The notes under the pieces: generated by a model
Database searches by the model: none
What the model saw: only the letters and a program-made list of their open reading frames with translations
Told to the model about the DNA's origin: nothing
Made by a program: the position numbers and the translations under genes
Part shown: positions 37,672 to 48,067 of the stretch, in pieces
Numbering within the stretch: the stretch's first letter is position 1
Layout: each line of letters begins with the position of its first letter
Assembly (NCBI GenBank): GCA_050253415.1
Contig: JBFWJC010000007.1
Coordinates: 18,668 to 82,667 of the forward strand
Origin: Pedobacter sp.
Lineage (GTDB): Bacteria > Desulfobacterota > Desulfuromonadia > Desulfuromonadales > Syntrophotaleaceae
Reading direction: 5' to 3'
DNA length: 64,000 nt

Positions 37672-37767
37672 ATTTTCGGCAACCCGGCTATCCACCTTAT
37701 TTTTTGACGTCGGTGGACCCGTAGCTTTGCGTGGCCAGATCTCTCTGACTTTGCCCTGAACGAAAAC
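37672..37767 (-). promoter_or_regulatory. GEMM-I (c-di-GMP-I class) riboswitch aptamer
   Basis: Minus-strand RNA: GUUUUCG-UUC-AGGGCAAAG-UCAGA-GAGA-UCUGG-CC-ACGCAAAGC-UACGGGUCCACC-GACGUCAAAAAAUAA-GGUGGAUAGCCGGGUUGC-CGAAAAU. It has a closing P1 helix (GUUUUCG/CGAAAAU), the CAGGGCAAA junction, a GNRA-capped hairpin, the ACGCAAAGC junction, a second hairpin (CCACC/GGUGG) and a GGGUUNCCGA 3' strand. All are colinear with the V. cholerae Vc2 aptamer as I remember it. Confidence 0.8.
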
Positions 37768-38603
37768 TTTTCCCCTAGACCATGACCATCGGCATACCCT
37801 CCTACCCCGTAGTGGTTACATTGCCCATAGTAACGATCCGTCGAATTGTGACGGCTATCACAATGGGTGCGTCAGTCGTTCTGCGGGACATGTAAGAGCA
37901 AGCCACATGCCAAGTTTTCTTTTATAATTCGGCAACTTAAAAGACCTACATATACGCTTTATGATAATGAAAAAACTGTCGTTAAATTAACTTTGGCACA
38001 TGATTTATATTCAACGAAATCTAGAAAATGGACAAAAATATACTTTGAAAAAGTTAAGTCATGTCGGGATGTTACTAATTGTAACCATCCGTAAAGGGGA
38101 TAACAGTTAACTTTATGAGAAATTTTGGGGATACAAATGTCGAGAAAAGACGGTTTTGAATTTCAATAATTTGCTTGACCAAGCGTGAGTTTTCACCAAT
38201 TCAATGAGAAAACGTGACGTACTCGCTACATATGTCTTTTGGCATCAACACGTTGCCCTGTCACTTTACGGCGACAACAGCAGAATTCATTCAATCTGGC
38301 ATGCATCCATCTCTACATACGTGATTTCAATAAGTTGCGGTACTACTGAAAAATTCAATAGTCATTGCGGTGACAAAATTACCCCCGATATGGAATTTGT
38401 CGCCATAACATGACGCACCTACCATACACAGCTGAATTCCTCGTTGTCGGGATCGCGAAGATATAAAAATAGCACCGAACGCATACCGGTTTTCTCTATA
38501 TCCCCGACTGGATCAATGTAATTTCAATTAGTTGGGTATGACTATCATGGATATCGAATAAATTCGAAAGTATGCGATTTTTCCGTTCTCGGCGGATGTA
38601 TCA

Positions 38604-38640
38604 ACAAAAAATGGCTGACCGGTTTATCCGGTCAGCCATT
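38604..38640 (-). terminator. rho-independent terminator of the apgM-family gene / housekeeping operon
   Basis: A perfect 13-bp stem AATGGCTGACCGG / CCGGTCAGCCATT with a 5-nt loop. On the minus strand it is followed by TTTTTTG. It lies 143 nt after the stop at 38783. Confidence 0.85.
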
Positions 38641-38782
38641 TGGCGTCATATTCCTGTTTTAAAAAAAAGCTTTTCTGTATGTGTGGTTAGACTGTGTTCC
38701 TTACCCGAGTCGTTAAAATTATTTCCAGGATCTACTTTTCGTTGCCTCGCCATCACCTGTTCCGCAATGGCAAGGTACCATG

Positions 38783-39994
38783 TCAAGCAGAGGCAGCCAA
38801 TAATCTATCCATGAGTTCATGGCCATGTGCCAGAAAAACACCGCTCGATGCTGCAGCCGCCTCATCGTATCCGGAAACAGGCTGCTGCGAAACGAACTCT
38901 CCCCCCGAACCATACAGAATAAAAGGAACCGGCTCGGATGTATGCGTCATGAGCCTCACAGGGGTGGGATGATCGGGAGCAACCAGCAACCGGAACGCTC
39001 CCATGGATTGCAACCCATTGAAGACCGTACCCACCACCAGCTCGTCAAAGGCTTCGATGGCGCGAATTTTCTCCTGCAATAAACCTGCGTGCGAAGCCTC
39101 GTCGGGTGCTTCGACATGGATATAAACATAGTCGCGGGTTTGCAAAGCTTCCAGAGCATATTCCGCCTTGCCCCGGTAATTGGTATCGATGAAACCGGTG
39201 GCACCAGGAACTTCGATGACATCAAGACCGGCATAAATACCGATCCCCTTGATCAGGTCGACAGCAGAAATAACGGCGCCGCTCAGGCCGAAACGCTCCT
39301 GCATGGTCGGCATATGCGGCGCGCGACCCTGCCCCCACAACCATGCGGCATTGGCGGGACGTTTGCCCTCAGCCTGCCGTTGCCGGTTAACGGGATGCGT
39401 CGCCAGAATGGTACGCGCCCGCTGCATAAGATCCCGTAAGCAGTCAGCTCCTTCACCGCGGGGCAGCTGCCCCTTGATAGGCTGGCCGGTAATATCGTGT
39501 GGTGGCGTGAACATCATGGTATCGACACCGCCACGCCAGACCAGAAGGTGCCGGTATGATACGCCCGGATAAAACTGAAACCGATCCGTGCCAAGCTCCT
39601 CCTGCAAGGTCAAAACGATGGCACGCGCCTCCTCGGTCGAAATATGCCCGGCCGAAAAGTCTTCCATGATTTCCTGGCCATCTATCTGCCCGAGAGTAAC
39701 CAGATTGAGCCGAAAAGAAACATCCTCAGGATTGAGATGAACTCCCATGCTGGCTGCCTCAAGAGGCGACCGACCGCTATAACAGCTGGCAGGATCGTAT
39801 CCGAACACAGATAGATTGGCGACATCACTCCCGGGAGGAAACCCCTCGGGGATTGTCTGGGCAAGACCGACCTGCCCTTCGCGAGCCAGGCGATCCATGT
39901 AAGGGGTATGAGCACATTGCAGTGGGGTTTTCCCCCCGAGTTCGGCCATAGGCTCATCAGCCATGCCGTCTCCTAATAAAACTACATACTTCAT
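38783..39994 (-). CDS. apgM: cofactor-independent phosphoglycerate mutase family protein (archaeal ApgM type; family also proposed as a homoserine kinase)
   Basis: 403 aa. The opening MKYVVLLGDGMADEPMAELGGKTPLQCAHTPYMDRLA and the metal-site segments (HVEAPDEASHAG, VAPDHPTP) are typical of the alkaline-phosphatase-superfamily ApgM group. Confidence 0.75.
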   Translation of the reverse strand: MKYVVLLGDGMADEPMAELGGKTPLQCAHTPYMDRLAREGQVGLAQTIPEGFPPGSDVANLSVFGYDPASCYSGRSPLEAASMGVHLNPEDVSFRLNLVTLGQIDGQEIMEDFSAGHISTEEARAIVLTLQEELGTDRFQFYPGVSYRHLLVWRGGVDTMMFTPPHDITGQPIKGQLPRGEGADCLRDLMQRARTILATHPVNRQRQAEGKRPANAAWLWGQGRAPHMPTMQERFGLSGAVISAVDLIKGIGIYAGLDVIEVPGATGFIDTNYRGKAEYALEALQTRDYVYIHVEAPDEASHAGLLQEKIRAIEAFDELVVGTVFNGLQSMGAFRLLVAPDHPTPVRLMTHTSEPVPFILYGSGGEFVSQQPVSGYDEAAAASSGVFLAHGHELMDRLLAASA

Positions 39995-40051
39995 CGTATC
40001 CTCTGTATCGCTATCCGGTAATCGTCGCCGAATAGGCGACGGCCCTGCACA

Positions 40052-40939
40052 TCACCCTCGCGGATGGTGCTGTTGGTGAATGTTTTTTAGTCGTTCCCGT
40101 GTTACATGGGTGTAAATCTGAGTGGTGGAAATATCGGCATGCCCAAGCATCGCCTGCACGGCCCTGAGATCGGCTCCGTTATCCAACAGGTGCGTCGCAA
40201 ACGAATGACGCAAGGAATGAGGCGTGATGTTTTTAGCAATCCCCGCCTGCAAGGCCCGACGCTTAATCATCTTCCAGAAACCCTGTCGTGTCAACCCGTT
40301 ACCGGACCTGTTTAAAAACAGGAAAACAGGACAACCGTCCCCGGCCAATTCACCACGACCACAGGCCAGGTAGTCCAGCACGGCATCTCGCGCGGAATCA
40401 CCCAGTGGCACGATGCGCTGCTTGCGGCGCTTACCAAAAGCGGTAACATAACCGACATCCAGTTGGAGATCCTGAAGGGTCAGGCCTACCAATTCCGATA
40501 CGCGAAGTCCCGTCGCGTAAAGCAGTTCAAGCATGGCCCTGTCCCGCAGATCGTAGCAACTGCCGGATTGCGGCACACTGAGTAACAGATCGACTTCGTC
40601 GGGAGACAAGGTATGCGGCAGCGTTGCAAGGCTTTTAGGCGCCGCCACCTGCGCCGCGGGATTGTTCTCGGCAAGGCCTTCGGCAAGCAGAAAGCGGTGG
40701 AACATTCGTAGCGAGACAAGTTTGCGCGCGCGACTGCGCGGCGACAGACCGCGATCCTTCAAAACAGAAAGAAAAGCAACCACGACAGGTGGAGCTATCT
40801 GTGCGGGAGAGTCTATGCTCTGGTCGCCAAGAAACTCAAGATAATGCGCGAGGTCTCGACCATAGGCGTCCAGGGTATTTTTTGATAACCCTTTTTCAAC
40901 CACGAGATAGTTAAGAAACAGATCGAGATAATGATCCAT
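40052..40939 (-). CDS. xerD: site-specific tyrosine recombinase XerD
   Basis: 295 aa. Motifs: LVVEKGLSKNTLDAYGRDL, RDRAMLELLYATGLRVSELVGL, HSLRHSFATHLL, and LGHADISTTQIYTHV...HQQHHPRG (an XerD-type C-terminus). Confidence 0.85.
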   Translation of the reverse strand: MDHYLDLFLNYLVVEKGLSKNTLDAYGRDLAHYLEFLGDQSIDSPAQIAPPVVVAFLSVLKDRGLSPRSRARKLVSLRMFHRFLLAEGLAENNPAAQVAAPKSLATLPHTLSPDEVDLLLSVPQSGSCYDLRDRAMLELLYATGLRVSELVGLTLQDLQLDVGYVTAFGKRRKQRIVPLGDSARDAVLDYLACGRGELAGDGCPVFLFLNRSGNGLTRQGFWKMIKRRALQAGIAKNITPHSLRHSFATHLLDNGADLRAVQAMLGHADISTTQIYTHVTRERLKNIHQQHHPRG

Positions 40940-41006
40940 AAACCTCTATAATTTAATATATTCTCAAGACTCAAGAGAGCTCAACGCCACGGCACTCCAT
41001 CTGCGT

Positions 41007-43727
41007 TCAGATTTTTTCATCATCCAGACAGGATAACAACTTTAACCGCAGCTCCTCAAGACGCTCCGGATCGCGAATTTTCTGGCTGAAAATATCCTTG
41101 ACGTAAAAGGTGTCTGCCACCTGGTCAACCTTGGTTGAGATCTTGGCCACGCCCAGATACAGACCAAGGTCGCGCAAGGTTCTGCAAATGCGATACAACA
41201 CACCGACTTCGTCGTGGGTGTAGATGTCAAGCACGGTGTACTCCTGGGAGACTTCATTGTCGACATCCACGCGACTGGGAACTTTGGGATGCCCCGGGTC
41301 CCCCCATGATACAGGGCGGTGACGCTTGCGGATCAATTCTTCAACCTTGAGCCGCCCTTCGATAACCGCCAGCAGCGATTCTTCCACGGCCTGCCACTTT
41401 TCGCTGCCCGCATCGCTGAAACCTGAAGGACCCTTGACCTGAAGCATGTCAAAAGCTGTTCCATCGCGCTGGGTAAAGATCTGCGCACCGAAAATATTAA
41501 TCCCGTAGGCCGCCATGACCCCGGTGATCATGGTGAACAATCCAGGCATATCGTGAGTAACAATAGTTAACTGCGTGTAGGAGCCATCTGGTCCGTTGGC
41601 CACAAAAAACCCGAGACGCTTGTCGCGAGTACCCAAAATCAAGCGAATATGCTCGGCAATCGCCTGACTGCGAAACGACAGCAGATAGCGGGTGCTGGCT
41701 TTGCGAAGCCGTTCAGTCACGACTTTGGAATCGAATTCATCCTCGAGCAGTGCCTGCACTTTGCGTCTGCGATTGCGCAGTTTCTCGGAACGGGTATCCA
41801 ACAGGAAGTTACCCCGTTCAAGAACGCCATGGGTCTTGTCAAAAAGTTCCTGCAGCAGGACCGATTTCCAACCGGTCCAGACATCCGGCCCTACCGCCCG
41901 CAAGTCCGCAAAGGTCAAAAGATAAAGCATCTTGAGGTTTTCGCTCATCCCCATGGTGCGGGCAAAATCAACGATAAGGCGATCATCATGCATATCCCGT
42001 CGCTGGGAAATATGTGCCATCAGCAAATGATTGCGCACCAGAAATTCAAGCCGCTGGCTGTCTTCCTTGTTGAGACCAAGGCGCCGGGCTACGGTCGGCA
42101 TCATATCCGCGCCCTTGTTGCAATGATCGCGGCCCTCCCCTTTACCCACATCGTGCAGCAACATGGCGAGCAACAAGAGTTCGCGTTTTTCGATATCGTT
42201 GGCCACGCCGGTAACCCGCGGCAACTCTTCGGCATAGTCCCCATGCCAGAGCTTAATCAATTCGCCGACGGCAAACAATGAATGGGTATCGACGGTGAAC
42301 ACGTGATACGCATCATGTTGCACCTTGCAATAGATGCGACCGAACTCGGGGATGAAATGGTTAAGGAACCGCAGATAATGCATATCCTGCAAAGCCTGAA
42401 GAACACCACGGTGATAACGCAGGATCTCCATGAAAGTATCAACCATGGCCTTCGAGCGCCGAACCGTATTGTTGATGCGATGCAGGTTTTCCCGGATATG
42501 ATTTTTAACCTGGGGACTCAGAGCCACTTCATGCAACTGAGCCAGGCGAAAGGCCAGCATCATACGCTCCGGATATTCTTCAAATAGGTTACCCTGGGCC
42601 ATGCGCAACTCGCCATAAAGGGTATAGAACCCATCTCCGACCGAACGCTTCAGGATCGTATTGTGACTGGGAGTCGGTGAAGACTGATCGTGCAGGCGCA
42701 CTTTATCGATCAAACGCGTGGAGATTTCCTCGACATGCACGGCATGCGCATAATAATCCTGCATGAATTGTTCGACCGCCAACGCGCGATTATCGTCTTC
42801 GTACCCTAGAAACCGGGCAATCTTTTCCTGGTGGTCAAAACGGATCTGTTCGTTTTTACCGGTGGAAAGAAAATGCAGTTCATTGCGAATGCGCCAAAGA
42901 TAATCGAACGCCCGATAGAGTTCGTCGTACTCCCTTTCGGTCATGATCCCCTTAAGAACCAGTTCGGACATGGAACGGGCTTTGAATTTTACCTGGGCCA
43001 ACCACAAAGCGGTATGCAGATCCCGAAGCCCCCCTTCTCCCTCCTTGATATTGGGTTCCAGCAAATAAACAGATGAACCGTATTTACCGAGACGTCGGTT
43101 GCTCTCCTCGATTTTCTGGGTGATGTACCCTTTGCTGTTCCAGTTCAGAACTTTATCCAGGACGGTCCGCTCGTACTCGCCAAAACATTCGCGATTGCCA
43201 CACAAATAACGCGAATCGAGCAATGCGGTTCTGGCCGTGATATCCTTCTCCGCCATTTCCAGGCAATGCCGTGCGTTCCGGATGCTATAGCCGACATCAA
43301 GTCCCAGATCCCACAACAGGTAAAGCATGCGCTCTGAAACCTGTTCGGCAAACTTTTTCCCTTTTCCGTTGTGAAAAAACATGATGTCGATATCGGAGCG
43401 GGGGTTTTGCTGTCGACGACCGTAGCCTCCGAGTGCCACCACAGCGCATCCGGCCTGCCCCTTTTCAGGCAAATCGGATGAGGCAGCCTCATACAGAGCA
43501 CTCATCAACGCATCCGCCGCCTCGGTAAGCAGTTCAACCACTTCATGACCGCTTGCACCACTGCGATGGTACGCCATGATGACATCCCGGCAGTGATTCC
43601 AGTAATTGCAGGCCGCAGCAAGCAATTCCGGGCGCCGCTCGGCATAGGGGAGAGAGGTATCGCAACACAAGTGTCGGAGCGCATCGGGAATCGCGAGTTT
43701 TTCGGAGAGATCGGATAAAGAATTCAT
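41007..43727 (-). CDS. glnD: [protein-PII] uridylyltransferase / uridylyl-removing enzyme
   Basis: 906 aa with a nucleotidyltransferase domain (GGYGRRQQNPRSDIDIMF), an HD domain (LLAMLLHDVGKG) and two C-terminal ACT domains. Confidence 0.9.
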   Translation of the reverse strand: MNSLSDLSEKLAIPDALRHLCCDTSLPYAERRPELLAAACNYWNHCRDVIMAYHRSGASGHEVVELLTEAADALMSALYEAASSDLPEKGQAGCAVVALGGYGRRQQNPRSDIDIMFFHNGKGKKFAEQVSERMLYLLWDLGLDVGYSIRNARHCLEMAEKDITARTALLDSRYLCGNRECFGEYERTVLDKVLNWNSKGYITQKIEESNRRLGKYGSSVYLLEPNIKEGEGGLRDLHTALWLAQVKFKARSMSELVLKGIMTEREYDELYRAFDYLWRIRNELHFLSTGKNEQIRFDHQEKIARFLGYEDDNRALAVEQFMQDYYAHAVHVEEISTRLIDKVRLHDQSSPTPSHNTILKRSVGDGFYTLYGELRMAQGNLFEEYPERMMLAFRLAQLHEVALSPQVKNHIRENLHRINNTVRRSKAMVDTFMEILRYHRGVLQALQDMHYLRFLNHFIPEFGRIYCKVQHDAYHVFTVDTHSLFAVGELIKLWHGDYAEELPRVTGVANDIEKRELLLLAMLLHDVGKGEGRDHCNKGADMMPTVARRLGLNKEDSQRLEFLVRNHLLMAHISQRRDMHDDRLIVDFARTMGMSENLKMLYLLTFADLRAVGPDVWTGWKSVLLQELFDKTHGVLERGNFLLDTRSEKLRNRRRKVQALLEDEFDSKVVTERLRKASTRYLLSFRSQAIAEHIRLILGTRDKRLGFFVANGPDGSYTQLTIVTHDMPGLFTMITGVMAAYGINIFGAQIFTQRDGTAFDMLQVKGPSGFSDAGSEKWQAVEESLLAVIEGRLKVEELIRKRHRPVSWGDPGHPKVPSRVDVDNEVSQEYTVLDIYTHDEVGVLYRICRTLRDLGLYLGVAKISTKVDQVADTFYVKDIFSQKIRDPERLEELRLKLLSCLDDEKI

Positions 43728-45451
43728 TTATTTGCTATGGTTTTGGAATCCTGGCTAAAGGTACGTACGGCGCGGGCAATGGCCGTAGCGGCATGGTCCT
43801 GATATTTTGAACTACCCAGTCGACTTTCCTCGGTTTTGTTACTGATAAACGCAGATTCAACCAGGACCGAGGGCATATTGGCTCCCAATAAAACATAAAA
43901 CGGCCCTTGGCGCACCCCATGATTTTTGACGTTGGAATAGTGCCGCCCGAGGTGGTCTACCAGGGACTTTTGTATTTCAGCGGCCAACCGGCTTGACTCA
44001 TTAATTTTGGCATTGGCCATAAGATCAAACAGAATAAGTTCCAGGTCACCTACTTCCTTGAGAGAGGTGCCGTTTTCCCTGGCTGCCACAGCAGCAGCCT
44101 TGTCGTTTTTTGAAAAATTAAGGTAATAGGTTTCTATGCCCTGCGCATTACGGTTATTGCTCGCATTGGCATGCACCGATATGAACAAATCGGCACCAAC
44201 CCTGTTCGCAATGGCGGTTCGTTCTTCCAGCGGCAGGAAAATATCCCTGTCACGGGTAAGTACCACCTGACAACCCAATTCATTTTCCAGACGAACCGCT
44301 AGCCGCTTTGCCATGGCGAGGGTAACATCTTTTTCCAAAACGCCACTGGGCCCAATGGCCCCCGGATCCTTGCCTCCATGTCCGGCATCAACCACAATGC
44401 GCCGCAAGTTCCCTGGCCGCGTGGCTGTCGGCAGGGTAACCTTCAAGGATTTCTCTTCCGGGGTTTTTTCCAGCACTTTAGCAATGGCGTCCCCGGAACC
44501 GGCAACCGGCGCATGCAATTCAGGTTTTGCCGCCTGCAAGGTAGTCGTCTGTTCCCCAGAAACATCTATAACGATACGCTGTGGATTTTCGAGAGCAAAT
44601 ACCTTGTAATCCTTGAAGGTTTCGAGATCGAGAACGACGCGGACCATATCTTTGGCGGGGGTTCCGACCCTTATGCTTTGCAGCAAACCATCGGCAACCT
44701 TGGTGGTAGCAGGGACCTGTTCTGCTATCAATCCGGCCTTAATATCGACATAAAGACGCGGCTGTTGACCTTTTTCGGCACCCAGCAGATGCACCGAGTA
44801 ACCGGCCGGGCTAGATAATTCGACAACCACCCGGGTATACCCCGGGCTTGACCAGGAGCGAACCTGACTGACTTCGCCCGCCCGCGAAGACGTACGCACG
44901 ACAGAAGTCGATGCGGGTTGGCTTGCAACCACATTTTTGGGCGCATGAGCCCTTAAGCGCTGTTCGCCTTGACGACACAGAGACACCATATCGCCCTGCG
45001 GGTACTTGTCGACGACCTGCTTGTAGCGCACATAGGCGCCAGATCGGTCCTCAAGACTTCGCTCCAGAATCAATCCGGCCAAGTAGCCGGCATCGTCCGC
45101 CAAATTACTTGCCGGATAACGGCTGACCAAGCGATCATAAAACTCCACAGCCTGTTGCGCATCGGCCTTACGCCTGGAAATAGCAAACAATCCTTCGGAG
45201 GCTTTCCCTCCGAGATACATGCTGTCGACCGCCCTGGCATGCCCTGAATAATCCTGGACAAACCCCTCGAATCCGTTAATCACCCGAACCCAATTCTCGC
45301 GATAAAGTTTGTTTTTGGATGAATTCTGCAACTGCTGATAGGCTGATTTGGCGCGGAAAAAAGCTTGATCACCAGCATCTGCAGCAGCGGATACTGGCAG
45401 TACATGCATCAGAATAAGGAAAATTCCAAACAAAAATCGCAAAGGCATCAT
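43724..45451 (-). CDS. N-acetylmuramoyl-L-alanine amidase with N-terminal TPR-like and AMIN domains
   Basis: 575 aa with a signal peptide. The AMIN-like segment is RVVVELSSPAGYSV...RLYVDI. The Amidase_3 core is IVVDAGHGGKDPGAIG...FISVHANA...ESAFISN. Its stop overlaps the glnD start by 4 nt. Confidence 0.85.
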   Translation of the reverse strand: MMPLRFLFGIFLILMHVLPVSAAADAGDQAFFRAKSAYQQLQNSSKNKLYRENWVRVINGFEGFVQDYSGHARAVDSMYLGGKASEGLFAISRRKADAQQAVEFYDRLVSRYPASNLADDAGYLAGLILERSLEDRSGAYVRYKQVVDKYPQGDMVSLCRQGEQRLRAHAPKNVVASQPASTSVVRTSSRAGEVSQVRSWSSPGYTRVVVELSSPAGYSVHLLGAEKGQQPRLYVDIKAGLIAEQVPATTKVADGLLQSIRVGTPAKDMVRVVLDLETFKDYKVFALENPQRIVIDVSGEQTTTLQAAKPELHAPVAGSGDAIAKVLEKTPEEKSLKVTLPTATRPGNLRRIVVDAGHGGKDPGAIGPSGVLEKDVTLAMAKRLAVRLENELGCQVVLTRDRDIFLPLEERTAIANRVGADLFISVHANASNNRNAQGIETYYLNFSKNDKAAAVAARENGTSLKEVGDLELILFDLMANAKINESSRLAAEIQKSLVDHLGRHYSNVKNHGVRQGPFYVLLGANMPSVLVESAFISNKTEESRLGSSKYQDHAATAIARAVRTFSQDSKTIANK

Positions 45452-45454
45452 TCG

Positions 45455-48067
45455 TCAGACCATTTTTTGAAGTTCATGGAGGAAATTGAGTCCCTCAAGG
45501 GGTGAAATAACCGAGATATCAAGATCGGTTAATCGTTGCCGAATCGGGTCGGGCGCTGCATCGAATAGCGACATCTGGGGATTCGGCCTGAGTTTATTAC
45601 CGCTTGCGCGTTGCGCCAGTCGCGGCTGCCCCTCTGCCATCAGTTCGCCGGATTCAAGATTGGCCAGGATTTCCTTGGCCCGATCGATAACGGCCACAGG
45701 TAAACCTGCCAGGCGGGCAACCTGAATACCGTAAGAATGACTGGCTGGACCCTTAACGATTTTGCGAAGAAAGATAATTTGCTCATTCCATTCCCGCACC
45801 GCGATATTGAGGTTTTTCACCCGATTGCAGGTTAATATCAAGTCGGTAAGCTCATGATAGTGGGTAGCAAAAAGGGTCTTGGCCGCCACATGTCCATTGT
45901 CGTGCAGATACTCGGCCACCGCCCAGGCGATACTGATCCCGTCAAAAGTCGAGGTGCCGCGACCAATTTCATCGAGCACGATAAGGCTGCGGGCCGTGGC
46001 ATGATTAAGAATATGCGCTGCTTCGGTCATTTCAACCATAAAGGTCGATTGCCCCTGTGCCAGGTTGTCGCTGGCCCCGACACGGGTGAAAATCCGGTCG
46101 ATCAAACCGATATGGGCGGAGCGCGCCGGCACCAGGCTGCCCATGTGTGCCATCAGGGTGATCAGTGCCACCTGCCGCATAAAAGTCGACTTGCCGGCCA
46201 TATTGGGTCCGGTGATAACCATGATCTGGTTTTCCGTGCAATCCATCTCTACATCGTTGGGCACGAAATGCTCACCGAGATTCATGGCTTCGATAACCGG
46301 ATGGCGCCCATCGCGGATTTCAAGCCGGTCGCTGTTATCCATAACCGGACAAACATAATCCCGGCTATGCGCCACATCCGCCAGGGATAAGATAACATCC
46401 AGCTCCGCCAGGGCATCGGCCGTCTTCTGCACGCGCGCGCCCTGACCGGCAACCTGTTCGCGGACAGACTGGAAAAGCTCGAATTCCAGATCGAAAAGCC
46501 GATCCTCGGCCCCCAGCACCTTCTCTTCGTATTCCTTCAGTTGCGGAGTGAAAAACCGCTCCGCATTGGCCAGGGTCTGCTTGCGCTGATAATCATCGGG
46601 CACCCGACCCAGATGAGAGCGCGTGACTTCGATGTAATAACCAAACACCTTGTTGAATCGGACTTTAAGTGAACCTATACCGGTACGTTCGCGCTCATCA
46701 GCTTCAAGTCGGGCAATATAGGCCTTTCCATTGCGGCGAATATCCCTCAGTTCGTCAAGTTCGGGATGGTAACCATCGCGCATCAAGCCGCCTTCACGCA
46801 ACACGAATGGCGGATCATCGACGACGGCACGGGCAATCAGCTCGGCCACATCGGTCAGCGGGTCGATACGGGCGATGAAATCAGCGATCAGCGGTGTGGT
46901 AAGTTCGCCAAGGCGCTGCAGAATAGAAGGAAGTTGCTCGAAGGACTTACGCAGGGCGACCAGATCCTTGGCATTGGCATGCCCCATTACAATTTTACTG
47001 TTCAAACGTTCCAGATCATATACGCCGTCGAGGTCACTGCGAAGATCAGCGCGCAACAGACTATGGGTAACCAGCTCCTGCACCGTAGCATGGCGCCGAC
47101 GTATCGCCTCCACCTCGACCAGCGGATGATGAATCCACTGGCGTATCTTTCTTCCGCCCATGGCTGTCACGGTGCGATCAAGCACTCCCAGCAACGAACC
47201 GCGACGTCCGCCATCCTGCAAGGTAGCGGTCAACTCCAAATTGCGGCGGGTACTGTTATCCAGCACCATGTAATCGCGACTGTGATACGTCACCAGAGGA
47301 CGAATGTGGCCGGCCACGCCTTTTTGGGTCTGCTCTACGTAATACAATACCGCACCGGCCGCGCGAACAGCTTCAGGCAGCGAGGCACAGCCGAAACTTT
47401 CAAGTGAGCCGCAGTTGAAAAATGCCTGCAAACGCTGTCCGGAAGGCTCCACATCGCAAACCCAATCCGGCACTGAATTAATAAGCCAATCTCCGTAGCA
47501 ACCTTTCAAAAGTTGCTCAAGAGACGGTTGCGAATCTTCAGCCACAAGGATCTCGCGCGGCTGCAACGATACCAGTTCACTTCGTGCGGCCTCGCCCCCC
47601 TCAACCTGGGTGACACGAAATTCGCCGGTGGTAATATCCAGCACCGCAACACCGCAAACACCTTCGGAGGATAAAGCCACCGCAGCCAGAAAATTATTTT
47701 CCTTGGGAACCAGGGTGTCGGTGTCGACCACCAGGCCAGGCGTAACAACCCGCACGACTTCGCGCTTGACGATCCCTTTGGCCTGTTTAGGGTCTTCGAC
47801 CTGCTCACAAATGGCAACCTTGTGTCCGGCTTCCACCAACCGCGCCACGTAAGTCTGGCAACTGTGGTACGGAATGCCGCACAAGGGAACCTCCTCGGCG
47901 GCGCCTTTATTGCGGCATGTCAGGGTAATGTCGAGAATCCGCGAAGCGGTAACGGCATCCTCCATGAACATCTCGTAAAAATCGCCAAGACGAAAAAACA
48001 GGATGGCATCGGGATATTGCGCCTTTATTTCCATATACTGGCGCATCATGGGGGTCAACTGACTCAT
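45455..48067 (-). CDS. mutS: DNA mismatch repair protein MutS
   Basis: 870 aa. Motifs: [34 protein letters not shown], Walker [14 protein letters not shown], and STFMVEM...[12 protein letters not shown]. Confidence 0.95.
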   Translation of the reverse strand: MSQLTPMMRQYMEIKAQYPDAILFFRLGDFYEMFMEDAVTASRILDITLTCRNKGAAEEVPLCGIPYHSCQTYVARLVEAGHKVAICEQVEDPKQAKGIVKREVVRVVTPGLVVDTDTLVPKENNFLAAVALSSEGVCGVAVLDITTGEFRVTQVEGGEAARSELVSLQPREILVAEDSQPSLEQLLKGCYGDWLINSVPDWVCDVEPSGQRLQAFFNCGSLESFGCASLPEAVRAAGAVLYYVEQTQKGVAGHIRPLVTYHSRDYMVLDNSTRRNLELTATLQDGGRRGSLLGVLDRTVTAMGGRKIRQWIHHPLVEVEAIRRRHATVQELVTHSLLRADLRSDLDGVYDLERLNSKIVMGHANAKDLVALRKSFEQLPSILQRLGELTTPLIADFIARIDPLTDVAELIARAVVDDPPFVLREGGLMRDGYHPELDELRDIRRNGKAYIARLEADERERTGIGSLKVRFNKVFGYYIEVTRSHLGRVPDDYQRKQTLANAERFFTPQLKEYEEKVLGAEDRLFDLEFELFQSVREQVAGQGARVQKTADALAELDVILSLADVAHSRDYVCPVMDNSDRLEIRDGRHPVIEAMNLGEHFVPNDVEMDCTENQIMVITGPNMAGKSTFMRQVALITLMAHMGSLVPARSAHIGLIDRIFTRVGASDNLAQGQSTFMVEMTEAAHILNHATARSLIVLDEIGRGTSTFDGISIAWAVAEYLHDNGHVAAKTLFATHYHELTDLILTCNRVKNLNIAVREWNEQIIFLRKIVKGPASHSYGIQVARLAGLPVAVIDRAKEILANLESGELMAEGQPRLAQRASGNKLRPNPQMSLFDAAPDPIRQRLTDLDISVISPLEGLNFLHELQKMV

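Noticed and set aside
38158-38535. Three ATTTCAATWAKTTG-like motifs and two GTAAC[G/C]ATCCGT motifs in the AT-rich spacer, considered as a degenerate repeat array or MITE ends.
   Set aside because: The matches are short and imperfect in AT-rich DNA, at about the chance expectation for a 1-kb region. There is no flanking inverted-repeat structure.
37867-38814. Plus-strand ORFs 37867..38094, 38204..38413 and 38572..38814.
   Set aside because: They have no SD sequences (one starts at a GTG) and atypical composition. The third overlaps the apgM terminator and the apgM 3' end. They are not supported as genes.
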